Program-made: the position numbers and the translations under genes | In this document: piece after piece, positions 1 through 23,400 of the stretch | Numbering within the stretch: position 1 is the first letter of the stretch | Layout of the letters: each line of letters starts with the position of its first letter | Notes under the pieces: model-generated | Told to the model about the DNA's origin: nothing | What the model saw: only the letters and a program-made list of their open reading frames with translations | Databases searched by the model: none | NCBI GenBank assembly: GCA_000004695.1 | Contig: CM000150.2 | Span: 2,592,001-2,656,000 of the forward strand | Reading direction: 5' to 3' | DNA length: 64,000 bases | Source of the DNA: Dictyostelium discoideum | Lineage: Eukaryota

Positions 1-1154
1 ACCATTTTCAAATGTAAATTCAATAACTAAAGAGAATACATTAGGATTTATACCAAGTGCAATAAAAATTAAAGCATGTATTGGACCTGATGAAAAGACA
101 GTATCAGAATTTTCATTTCATTTCATTGTTCGTGATCAAGCATTCGATATGTTAGAACAACTTTGGCAATATGCAATGGATCAATTATATGAAGCAACAA
201 ATAATGATAATAATAATAATATATCATCACCAACAATTGGTAGATCATCATCTTATTCTTCATTACTACCATCTTCATCTTCTTTTAATGATTTACAATC
301 TATTGATTCAACAAATAGTAATAATAATAATAATAATAATATTAATTCACCAATTTTAAAACCAAAAACAAAACAATTTTTAAATATTGAGAAAAAGAAT
401 AAAGATTTTCAAAGGGTATTTAAATTACCAATGGATGAAGAGTTGATACAAGTTCATGCATGTTGGATTGTGAGAAATAAGAATTCATTATTAGGTGAAC
501 TTTATATATCACCAAACTTTTTCTGTATAAAATATAAAGAGAGATTCACTGCAAAGAAATTTACAACAGTTATACATGTATCACAAGTTGAATCTGTAAA
601 TAAGTCAAAACCATTCCTTGGAATTTCAGTATTAACAGATTCGTTTGTAATTACTGTTATATCAGGTAGATCAATAACATTAAGATTATTTCATTGTGAT
701 GAAGCTTTAGATACAATGAGAAAGTATTGTTCAAATTTACAACATTTAAAACAGCAACAGCAACAAGATGAAGAATATCATCCAAATTTAATGCAACAGC
801 AACAACAACAACAACAACCATCATCACCAAATTTTAGAGAGAAATTAAGATTAGAAACTATTGGTACAAATTTATATGCTCAAGAACCAACGATTATATT
901 AGAGGATGAGAAAATTGAAAAAAGGAAATTTGAAATGTGGGATAATTATTTTAAAAAGAATGGTATGGATACAACAATGTCAATAACTAGAAGATTAACT
1001 TATTTAACTCATCTTGGTATACCTGAATTCTTTAGAGGTCATATTTGGTCATTCACAAGTGGTGCTTGTTTCATGTGGGAAAAAGAAAGAGGTTATTATG
1101 ATAATTTAGTTAAAATTAATGAAGATGAAATTGATAATTCTATAAATTTAAGTG

Positions 1155-1195
<41 letters not shown>

Positions 1196-1999
1196 TTATT
1201 AATTGATTCAGAAAAGATTACACAAGCAATTGAAGATATTGAAAAAGATGTTCGTAGGACATTTTCACATCATCCATATTTTAGAGATAATGGTGCTGGT
1301 GTTGACTCTTTAAGAAGAATTTTAATTGCTTATAGTAGACGTAATCCTACGATTGGGTATTGTCAAGGTATGAATAATGTTGCAGGTATAATGTTATTGT
1401 ATATGAAAGAGGAGGCTGCATTTTGGGTACTTTGTAAAGTGGTGGAACTATATCTTTGTGATTATTATAGCAAGGAGATGATTGGTTCAATAGTTGATCA
1501 AAATATTTTCGAAGATCTTTGTAAAGAGTATTTACCAGAGGTGTTTAATCATTTGGAGAGAATTGGATTACCCGTTAAAATTTTATCTACACCTTGGTTC
1601 ATCTGTTTATTTGTATCTTATATTCCATTTTATGTTGCAACTCGTGTGATAGATTGTTTGTTTTTGGATGGCACAACTGTGCTTTTTCAAGTGGGTTTGG
1701 CAATTTTGAAAATCAATAAAAATGCAATCATTGCCGAAAGAGAATCTGAAGTTGTCATTGAATTGGTTAGAAATAAAAAATATGACATTGATGAATTAAT
1801 TGATGTCACTTTCCAAGATTTTAATGGTTTGGACGAAAGAATTAAAAATTTAAGAAATTCTCATAAATTTTCAGAAATTAGAAAAAATCATAGAAATAAA
1901 ATGAAATCAAATTCTTTTATAAATCAAAATAATAATAGTGAAACAAATTCTCCAATAACCCCAAATACAACAACAACAACAACCACTACAACTTCATAA
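1..1999 (+). CDS. Rab-GAP with TBC domain and GRAM domain (TBC1D8/9-like). The CDS is 5'-partial: the reading frame is open from nt 2 up to the annotated Met at 149, so the start lies upstream of the window.
   Basis: TBC catalytic motifs: an IxxDxxR arginine finger (IEKDVRRTF) and a YxQ glutamine finger (GYCQGMNNVAG). A GRAM-like segment (FQRVFKLPMDEELIQVHACWIVRNK...FFCIKYK) precedes them. There is no stop codon in frame from position 2 to 148. PolyN and polyQ low-complexity inserts are typical for Dictyostelium. Confidence 0.8.
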
Positions 2000-2623
2000 T
2001 AAAATTTTATAATATTTTTTAATGTTTTAATTTATTTATTTTTTTTATTTTTTTTTATTTTTTTTTTTTTGTGTTCCAAAGTAATTATGTTCTCTTTCAA
2101 GATTCTACGTAGAATCCAATGATTTTTCTGGCAAAAAGTTTTTTTTTTTTGGCAGTTATAACTGAAATCGTGGCTAATTTGTTTTTTTGAGACTCGGACA
2201 GAAATTTCTGTTCCCAATTCAAAAAAAAAAAATAAAAAAAAAAAAAAAAATAAAAATAAAAAATAAAAATAAAATAAAAATAAAAAAAAATAGAGGGAAA
2301 AAAAAAAAAAAAAATAAAAATAAATAAATAAATAATATAGTTATAGAATATTTTTAATAATAATAAATTTTAAAATTTGATAATAAAATTTTTAATTGTT
2401 TTAAAAAATTTTATTATTTCCCTGGGCAGATATTTTACAAAAATAAAATAAATTAAATTAAATTTAAAAAATTAAATTAAAATGAGGTTGTACAATTTTA
2501 GTAATGAAAAAATGAAGTTTTAAAAAAAAAAAAATAAAAAAAAAATAAAAAAAAATAAAAAATAAAAATAAAAAATCTTAAAAAATTTTTTTTTTTATTT
2601 TTTTTTTTTTTCTTCGTCAAATT

Positions 2624-2627
<4 letters not shown>

Positions 2628-2670
<43 letters not shown>
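2628..2670. repeat. Pure poly(dT) homopolymer tract of about 43 nt, within an AT-only region of about 80 nt.
   Basis: Direct reading. Comparable tracts occur at about 30144..30192, 50157..50205 and 60611..60657, and poly(dA) at about 47560..47600. Confidence 0.9.
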
Positions 2671-3517
2671 CAAAATATTTATAAAAAACTTTACTACAAA
2701 TATATATATATATATTCTGATTTATATATATAATTTTTTTTCAAATAAAAAATGAAGCAAAGGTATGTTGGAATGATCATTCATACAATATTCTTAATTT
2801 TATTATTATTATTTTTACAATTATTATTATTATTATTTTTTTGTCAATGCATATTTCTTTTGCCTATATACCCATTTTCAATGTGTTTTTAGCCATCAAA
2901 TAACAAATAACAAATAACACTTAACAATTATATAAAAGTTCCATTGTGTTTTATAAAAAAAAAAAAAAAAAAAACCCCACGCACCACTTCGCACTCAAAA
3001 AAAAAAAAAAACCACAAAATAAAAAAATAATATAAAAAAAAAAAAAAAAAAAATGCGATTTAACGTTTGTGTTGGATCTCTAATTCAAATGGAACACCAC
3101 TATCATTTAAAAAAATAAAAATAACAACAAAAAAAAAACAATAATAATGAAAAAAAAAAAAACAAAAATAATAAAAAAAAAAAACAATAATAATGAAAAA
3201 AAAAAAAAAATAAAAAAAAAAAAATAAAGACAAATAATAACTGCACTGTTTTGGATTAAATTAAAAAAATAAAAATAAAAAAATAAAAAAATAAAAAAAT
3301 AAAAAAAAATAAAAAAAACGTTCACGCAATTGTATAAAATTAAAAAAAATTTTCAAAAGAAAAATCTTTTTTTTTTTTTTTTTTTTGTTATCTTAAAAAT
3401 ATCTTCTTTCATTTTCAATCTTGCCCAATATTTTAAAAAATAACAACATTATTACAATTATAAAATTACTAATACTATTATTATTTAATGTATAATATTT
3501 AAAAAAACAAAACAAAA

Positions 3518-14541
<11,024 letters not shown>

Positions 14542-15005
14542 ATATTAAAAAATTAGAAAAATAAAAATTAAATAAAAAAAAAAAGTATATAAAAAATTAA
14601 ATAAAAAAAAAAATATAATTAAATAAATAAAAATCTTAAAAAAAAAGATATTCATTTTTTTCGAGCATAAACTTTATTTTATTTATAAATTTCAACCAGG
14701 AAAATTTTATTACCATTTCTTGAAAATTTGGTCACTGTTCCGAAAATTTAAACCCACATTTTTTCGTTTTTTCACTTTTTTTTTTTTTTAAAATTTTTTT
14801 TTTTTTTTCTATAAATAAAAAAAAAAAAATTCGATACCACAAAAATTAAAATCCGATCAAATAAAATATTAATATTCAATACTAATTGGATAATAAAAAA
14901 AAAATAAAAAAAATAGTAAAAAAAAATTAAAATAAAAATAAAAAAAAATAAATAAAAAAAAAAAAAAATAAATAATTAAATAATTATATAAAAAATAAAT
15001 AAAAA

Positions 15006-15609
15006 ATGAAAATGGAGGAATACACATTCATAAAAAGGGGTGATGGATATACATTAGACTCTAAATTTCCAAATCAATTAAATGGTGTTATTACACATCA
15101 AGAATTTAATAGTATTATACAAGAATTTCACTCAACAGTAAATAGACTCCCAACACTTCTTTATTTAGTTTTACCAGTTTTAGCCATTCTTATTTTTCTC
15201 GTAAAATTTTTAGGTTTAAGTTTCTTACATTTTTTGGTTGTAATGGGAATTATTTTAGCATTTGATTTAGGAATATTAATTTTTATCATAGTATTTTATA
15301 TAGTTGTAAGTATTATTTTATTTTGGTTTTATTTTGTTTTATTAATATTGAATTGTTTTATAATACTAATTAATTTAATTTTTATTTTTTTTATTTTTTT
15401 TTTCTAATAATAAGAATAAAGTTAAATTTGGTGATCTTATAAAATCATTAAATCAACAATATCAACATAGATCAATATCATTTTCTTCTGCATCTTTTTT
15501 CCTTTTCAAAATTAAAATGCATTATAATATCATAGGTGTAGCCAATGATACTCCATTTGGTCCAACCTCTGAAACTTCACCACTCATCGCATCCGTACAT
15601 AATGTTTAG
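15006..15609 (+). CDS. Hypothetical small protein. Two-exon model: 15006..15305 and 15415..15609. The ORF-track version (15006..15407) reads into the putative intron.
   Basis: ATG at 15006 with a non-low-complexity N-terminus (MKMEEYTFIKRGDGYTLDSKFPNQLNGVITHQEF...), then a hydrophobic stretch. GTAAGT donor at 15306. Acceptor ..aataag at 15414. The phase-0 continuation is an open frame of 64 codons ending at TAG 15607. The poly-F/I tail in the ORF track is typical of intron read-through. Confidence 0.35.
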
Positions 15610-15972
15610 GATATTTTTTTTTTTTTTTTATAGATTTAAATTAAAACTATAATGCAAAATAAAAATAAAAATAAAAATAAAAATAAAAATAAAAACGTAT
15701 ACATTTGGTAAATTTATTTTTTTATTATTTCTTTTTTTTTTTGCACTGTTTTTAAAAAAAAAGTGGAAGTCAATTAAAAAAATAAAAATGCATTTAATGA
15801 AATTAAAAAAAATGAAAATAAATTTTTATTTTTTTTTTTTTTTATTATTTTTTTAATTTTTTTTTTTATTTTTAATAAATCCATACCATAAAAAAAAGGG
15901 TTTGGCTCCAAAATTTTTTAATTAATTTTTTTTTATTTTTAATAAATCCATACAATAAAAAAAAAAAAAAAA

Positions 15973-17167
15973 ATGAAGATTATAAGACAATCATCACTTG
16001 GAAATATTCAAGTGCTTTCATTTCTTTTATTTAGTGTCACAATCATTGGCACTTTAATCAGTAATTATTTTTTTAATATAGATTATTGTGCAAGAGAAAG
16101 GATTTATGAAAGTAAAAAAGTATCGACACAATTTTTTCACCACTTTCATTTGATAACTTCATTTGCATGTGTAATATTAATTGGCCTTCAATTGGCATTT
16201 TGGAATCCTCTAAAATTAAATTCACAAAGAATTGGTGGTAGAGTAAGTAAATAATAATAAAAAAATAAAAAAACAAATAAAATAAATAAAAATAAAAATA
16301 AAAATAAAAATTAATATTTTATTTACAGTTTAGATTTAATGACAGATCAGTATTTTTATTATTATTTACATTATTATGGTATGGTTCAACCTATTGTTTA
16401 TGTTATTTATTAAAAAGAATATTAGATGATAAAACATGTAATAGGACACACAATAGCGTTTCAGGACATTTCTTATTTCATTCTTTTTATTTCATAGCAA
16501 TACCTTATTGGGTTTTAACTATTGGTAGATTACATAATAAACAAATGAAAGAAATGAAAGAATCTGAAAAATTACCATCATCATCATCATCGTCATCAAA
16601 AAATCAAAAATCACCAAAATTAAAAAATTCAAAAGAAAGAATACCAACAATGGAACCAAGACATGAACTAAGATTGATTAAAAGATTATTCACCGAAAAT
16701 ATAACATCCTTATTAATTATTATATTTTATGGTTTATACATTTACTCTAGTTATGTTAATTTGGATAAAACTTGGGTAGATGGTTTTCATTCATTAAGAC
16801 AAATTTTATATGGTTTAATTTTATCATTCCTTTCATTATATCTTTTATTATTTGTTACTTCAAAATGTATGTATTTATTATATATATTGGTTTTAATCAT
16901 AGTTATTTACTAATCTAAATTATTATTTTTTAAAAAAAAATATATATAGGTAATAATTTAGATAAGAAATCATCTTGTCTTAAATTAGTATTATCATTAG
17001 GTGGATTTTGGATTATTTCAATTTTATTATTAAATTATTTCAATACTCGTATTCCCTTTAAATTGTTTGAAAAAGTTTTATTCTCTTTTTGTTATTTATT
17101 CTTAATTTACTTTTCAATTTATAGATCAAAGAATCTGGTTGAATCTAAAAAGATTAAAAAAGATTAA
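15973..17167 (+). CDS. Hypothetical multi-pass membrane protein of about 341 aa in three exons: 15973..16242, 16329..16866 and 16950..17167.
   Basis: Exon 1 ends ..GGTAGA|GTAAGT at 16243. Acceptor ..tttacag at 16328; the open frame continues in phase into the 16545 ORF (..IPYWVLTIGRLHNKQMKEMKE). Donor GTATGT at 16867 (phase 1) and acceptor ..tatatag|G at 16949 give C-NNLDKKSSCLKLV...SKNLVESKKIKKD then a stop. Several hydrophobic helices and a His-rich motif HNSVSGHFLFHSFYF. Confidence 0.5.
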
Positions 17168-17296
17168 ATAAACTAAAAAAAAAAAAAAAAATTTATATAT
17201 TAAATATATCAAAATTTAATAAAATTATAATTTAAAAAATAAAGAAAAACTATTATTATTATTATTAATTTTTTTTTTTAATAAATAAAATTTAAA

Positions 17297-18806
17297 TTAT
17301 TTCTTTTTTGAATCTTTATTATTTTTCTTTTCTTTTGATTCCCATTCTTCACTCCAATCAGAGATTAAATCATTTATTAATTCACCTTGTGGTGTTTTGA
17401 AAATGTAAGGTTTTGTTTCAAATTTTTTATCTTGACCAATTTTAAATTTGATTGTAAAAGAGTTTGAAGTACTATCCCAAGCAATGATATCACGATAGCT
17501 ATAGGAGACCATTTTCATTTCCTTTGGATCTATGATATGGAAACCATTACCATTGATACCTATTGAAACTTTACCTTGAAATTCTTGTGTGAAAAATGAA
17601 GTATTGGCAGGAATATATTTAGCTTTGAAAAATGTTGAACCATAGTATGCCCATCTTTGGCAAGTTTCAAGGTATGCACGTTTCAATTGAAGTGAATCGG
17701 ATCCACGTAACAATGAATGTTGTGGTATCACTAGCTGTTCCCATTCCTCTGCCTTACGTTTACTCAATAGATGTGATGGTATATAACGTGAAATCGATTC
17801 TTTAAAGTGATCTTGATGTTCCATTTTTTGGTCACCTACCAATACTTGTAATTGAATAGACGCCAATTTCAATGCTACATCCTCTTCACATGGATAATTA
17901 CTATTGATTACATTATGAATGGCTTGAATGTAGAATAAATGTGTTGCTTCGGCTGTATTGATCGATCTTTCTAATTCTAAAGGTAGTACACTTGTTGGTC
18001 TATAAACTAATCTAAATTGTCCTTCCTCTCCAAGTGTTGGGAATGATGATCTTAATTTAGATGCATGTTCACTTGCAATCGTTGTTGAAAGTGATGATGA
18101 TTGTGATTGTAATTGTGGTGATTGAGCTTTATTCTTTCTACCTAATGTTAAAAATCCTGATAATCCACCTTTTGGACTATTTGGTGTTGATGTTCCACTT
18201 CCACTTCCACTACCACTACCACTACCACTACCACTACCACTACCATCATTCGCATTTGATGTTGAACTTGCATTACTCTTTTTACCTCTAATACTTGATA
18301 ATCCACTTAAAATTGGTGATGATGTTGACGATGATGGCGAATTTTCCTCTGTATTACAATATCTTTTTTTTAAAATTCCCCAATTTTTAATAACTTCTGA
18401 TATATTTTGGTGATTAAATAATAACCATTCTAAAATTAAAAATATTGGATTTTAGTAATCTTTTTTTTTTTTTGTAAAAAAAAAACCTTAATAATAACAT
18501 ACCAATTTCATCATTTTGAGCCCAAACAAAAAAACATTCTGAATCTCTATTATTTATACCTAATTTCTCTGAAACCATTTCCCATAATTGATCACCAGTT
18601 GTATTATTTGGGTCAATCGATAGTGTTTTGTGTGTGTCATCAATAAAGTAAATACGAATTAAAACTTGGTTTGATCCAAGTCTACTAGTTGATGTTATAG
18701 TGCTTGACGAAGATAATGATGGTGATCCTTGTGATTGTGTAGGTATTAATTCTATATCATCCCTATTTTCATTTAAACTTTTTGATGCTTCAAATGATGA
18801 TTCCAT
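17297..18806 (-). CDS. Small FERM-domain protein of about 478 aa in two exons: 18503..18806 and 17297..18429.
   Basis: The N-terminal exon encodes a ubiquitin-like F1 lobe (VLIRIYFIDDTHKTLSIDPNNTTGDQLWEMVSEKLGINNRDSECFFVWAQNDE). GTATGT donor and ..ttttag acceptor on the minus strand, phase-consistent (304+1133 nt = 479 codons). The second exon holds the F2 lobe, a (GS)8 linker encoded by (CCACTA)n, and the F3/PH-like lobe (LETCQRWAYYGSTFF...FKTPQGELINDLISDW). Confidence 0.7.
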
Positions 18807-19058
18807 ATTTTAATTGTATGTATAAATTTTAAATAATAAAAAAAAAAAAAAAAAAATTGGTAATAAGGAAATAGTAAAAAAAATTATAAGGATGATTTAA
18901 AAATACAAAATTGTGGGTGTGTGGTTTATTATTATTATTATTATTTAATTATTATTATTATTTTTTATTTTATTTTTTTTTTTTTTTTTTTATTAAAAAA
19001 TTATTATATTTAAAAATATGAAACTATGGTACAAAAATAAACTAAAAGATATTATTAA

Positions 19059-19090
<32 letters not shown>

Positions 19091-19132
19091 AAGGGTGGCG
19101 TTTATTTTTGTTTTAAAAAATAAAATTAAAAA

Positions 19133-19163
<31 letters not shown>

Positions 19164-19407
19164 AATAAAAAAAAACTTTTTTTGAGAGATCTCGATTATC
19201 GCCAACAATTGGTTTTTTTTTTTTTTTTTTTTTTTTTTAGAAAAATGTGATGTTTAATTATTATTATTTTATAAATATTCATTGGTTTTCATTTTATAAA
19301 ATTTGGTAATTTTAAACATATTGGGAAAAATAGTGTATAAAAAAAAAAAGAACACATAAAAGTAAAATTAATTTTTTTTTTTTTTTTTTTTTTTTTATAA
19401 GAATGCC

Positions 19408-20236
19408 TTAGAGAGAAAGGTTATCTCTACTGTTTATTAACCAATCAGGTGATTTTGAAACAACTAAACATAATGAAGATTTCGATAGAGTTTCATCTGT
19501 GATTGATTCAACATTAAAACCACACAATTCATAAAACATTTTATTTTCAAAAATCTGTTTAAATAAAAGAATAAAAAGTCAGTAAAAGTTTTTTAAATTT
19601 TAATAATTTAAACAAAAAATATTAATTACTCACATTATTTGAATTCCATCTAACAATTTCATTTTCAATAAATGATTCTTCTATTTTAGATTGTTGTATT
19701 TGTTGTTTTTGATAATAAAAAGTTAAGAAAGGAGAAGATGGTTTTAATAATACAGAGATTTTATTAAATTTTTTAAGGTTTGAATTTGAAAGAGAGGATT
19801 GATTATTGACTGATGAGTTACTTGATTCATCAATTGCTATGATGGCATCAAATTTTGATTTCTCTTTCAAGTCATTAAAATGTTCAATCTCTGAATATTC
19901 AATTGAAAATAAATTGACTTTTAAGTTTTCATTATTGATATTATTGTAAATGTATTTTGCTGTTCTTTTTACAACATCAATTGGTATATTTAAACTATAG
20001 GTAATGATTATATTGATCACTTTATTATTATTATTATTATTATCATTATTACTATTTTCATTAATTTTATTTATAATATGAGTTTGAATTGATTTTTTAT
20101 AAAAATTTTCTTGTTTCCATTCATCAGATTGTTTATAATAATTTGTTAAATAATAACCTAATCCAACTGCACATCCTAATATTGATGTTGTTAATATTAA
20201 GCTTTGTTTACTTTGATTTATAATAAAATTTGTCAT
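19408..20236 (-). CDS. Hypothetical signal-anchored protein of about 249 aa in two exons: 19634..20236 and 19408..19554.
   Basis: N-terminal TM anchor (LILTTSILGCAVGLGYYLTNYY). Exon 1 ends ..AAT|GTGAGT at 19633. Acceptor ..ttaaacag at 19555. The phase-0 continuation IFENKMFYELCGFNVESITDETLSKSSLCLVVSKSPDWLINSRDNLSL ends in a stop. Confidence 0.45.
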
Positions 20237-20481
20237 TGTAATTTATTTTATTTTATTTTTTGAAGAGTCATGAAAATAATAAAAAAAAAACAAAAAAAAT
20301 AAAAAAAAAAAAAAAATAAAAATCTAAAAAACTTTTTTTGTCCTTTTTTTTTTTTTTTTTTTTTTTACAACCAGACAAATATTTTTTTATTATTTATTTA
20401 TTTTTTTTTTTAAATAATCAGACGAATAATTTTTTTTATAAATATTTTTATTTATTTATTTATTTTTTTTTTTTTTTTTGT

Positions 20482-23400
20482 TTAGACAACATTTTTTAAG
20501 AAACAACCTTCAAAAGCTAAACCAGGACCAAAGGCTAAAGAGATTGAATAAGTTGGTAATGATTTTGATTTTCTTGCATGATCCATTACAAAGATAACGG
20601 AAGCACTTGACATATTGCCATATGCATGATATACATCCCAAGTGTTTTTAGTTTGTTTTGGATCAATACCTAAACTATTTTCGATATTCATTAAAATTGA
20701 TTTACCACCAGTATGAATTAAAAATTCACAATCTTTTGCTGAAATAGCAGTGGAGGTTTGTAATTTAGCTTTGTCCAATAGGGTATCTACGAAAGCTTCA
20801 ATACCTGAACCGATTACAATTGGAATGGAAGCATCTAAACCTAAATTCCAACCTTCTTTTTCAAGGTCCCAAACCATAGCATTTTCAGTGTTTGGAAAGG
20901 AACGATTGATTGAACACATTACTTCATAGAGTGGTGTTTCTTCAATTCTTGGATTACAACCAATGATATAAGCGGCAGAACCATCTGCAAAGATTGAACT
21001 TGCAACCATTTGATCACCACCATCAGTATTTGAGAAATGTAATGAACAAACTTCAGTACAAACCACCAAGATACGATTACGTGGTGATGCTTTTGCCAAT
21101 GAAGCAGCGGTTCTTAAACTTGAAAGACCAGCGAGACAGCCCATTAAATTTAAACTTACTCTTTCTACATCTTTATTTAAACCTAAAAGGTCGATTAACT
21201 TGAAATTAACATCTGGTATGATAATACCAGTTGATGTAACAGATACGATGTGAGTGATATCACCTTTGTCACCACCCCAATCTTTGAGGGCACGTAAACA
21301 TGCTTGTTGAGCTAGATCTGGTACAACTTTCTTGAATTGATTATTTACATCGGTTATTGTTTCCAAATGACGGAATTTGATAGAGTTTTCTGGTTTTGTA
21401 TAATCTCTAACCAAATGACGGGTTTTAATTTGTGATTGTTCAAAGATTCTCTTAACTTTTTCATTGGTCTCAGCTTTGTCAGAGAAATCATTCGATATGG
21501 AGTCTTTCAATGATTGTTGAGAAATTGGTTCACCTGGTACTGATATACCAATACCCAAAACGAATGAATTATTATTGGATTTATATGAGAGTCTTGATAA
21601 TGGTTGTTGTTGTTGTTGAATTACTTGAACTTTTTGTTGTTGTTTTTGATGTTGTTGTACACTTTGAATTGGTGGTGTGTTAATTAATGATGAATTCTTT
21701 GTATTGTTTAAACTTTTAATTGGTGGAGTTTTCAATACATCTGATTGTGATAGTGATGGTGTCGAAGGGGTAATTATTGATTCTGTAATTTGATTAAACT
21801 TATTAAGAATTGGAGTTCTAATTAAACTTTCACGTTTTGGCTTATTAATTCTAATATCTGGTGAAATTATAATATGTTGATGTTCTTTTAATAATAATGG
21901 TTGTTGATCTTTATCTAAAGTAACAATTTCTTCTTTTACTATTGATGGTGATGATTTAACATTACTATTATTATTATTATTATTATTAGTTGATAAACCA
22001 TTAACTTTTTCAAGGAAAGAATTAATTGAAATAGTTGCTAATTGAATATGGGTGAATAAATTCTTTTCAAATTCTTTGTCAATCCATGATTTAAATTGAA
22101 CGGTTAATAATGAATCAAGACCATAATGTTTTAAAGGATGATCAAAATTAATTTTAGAGATTGGAATTGATAATAAATCAGAAACTTTTGAAGTAATTTT
22201 ATCTTGTAATGATATGTTTGAACTTGCTTTGGTTGAATCATTTATAATTGATGATTGTTGTTTTGAAATTGTTGGTTGAAGATGTAATAATTTTGGACGC
22301 ATAGTTGAAAATGATTCAATATAAGTTTTAAAATCAATTGGAGAGCAAATTAATTGACTTGGAATTACATGATTTGATGGGTTATTAATAACAACTTCTA
22401 ATAAACCAAATAATTTATTCAAAGATAATGATGGTAAACCACGACTTTTGAATAGTTTTTTAATGGATTTATTGGTTGAAACTTTACCTTCATCCTTCAT
22501 TGGACCTAAATTAATAGAGAATGATGGTAATCCCATGAATCTACGGAAATTTGAAAGTGCATCTAAAATACTATTGGCTGAATTGTAAATTGATTGATCG
22601 GGATAACCAGTGATGGCAGTAATTGAACTAAATAATACGAAATGATTTAATTTCCAACCAAATGAAACACTAATTCTATGAAGATTAACAGCGCCCAATA
22701 CCTTTGGATTATGAACTGATTCAACGGTTGACATTGTAACTTGATCCATTGGTACATCATTATAAATTGCAGCTAAATGGAAAACCGATGTAATTGGTGG
22801 TAAATCGGATGGTAATTGCTTGATTGCCTCCGATAAGGCATCGTAGTTTGAAATATCAACTTGAACATAGTTAAAGTGAATACCAAATCCTGATACGAAA
22901 TGACTTATCATGGTTTGTAATTTCCATTTCATTGTTGATTTTGAAATGATTACAACATTCTTAACATTACCACCAGATTTACTTAATAACCAATTCAATA
23001 ATGGGATTGATAAACCACTTTGACCAGTAATCAATAAAGTTGAATTTAAATTTAATTGATAGTTTGGTTTTGGTAATCTCATTGAAAAGTTTGTAATTAC
23101 ATCACCAACTGGATTACATTTTGAAATATCTGTACAATCTACAACAACCTTACCAATATGTGATCTCTTTGATAGGAGTTCGATTGCATCTTTAGTTTCA
23201 GTAGATGGGAAAATTGTAATTGGAATCTTTTCAAGGCTACCATTTACAATGGAATTGGTAATTCTTTGAAGAATTGATTGAAGAAGTTTTGGTTTCTCAT
23301 CAATTAATCTCTCTAAATCGACTGCTGAATAAAGATGATCAAATTTAAAGTTACCTAAACCAATTTGTTGATTTGCATAAACATGAGTTGCTGATAAATC

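Noticed and set aside
18061-18291. Plus-strand ORF with an (HY)n run
   Set aside because: It is the antisense of the (GS)n linker-coding hexamer repeat inside the FERM gene exon.
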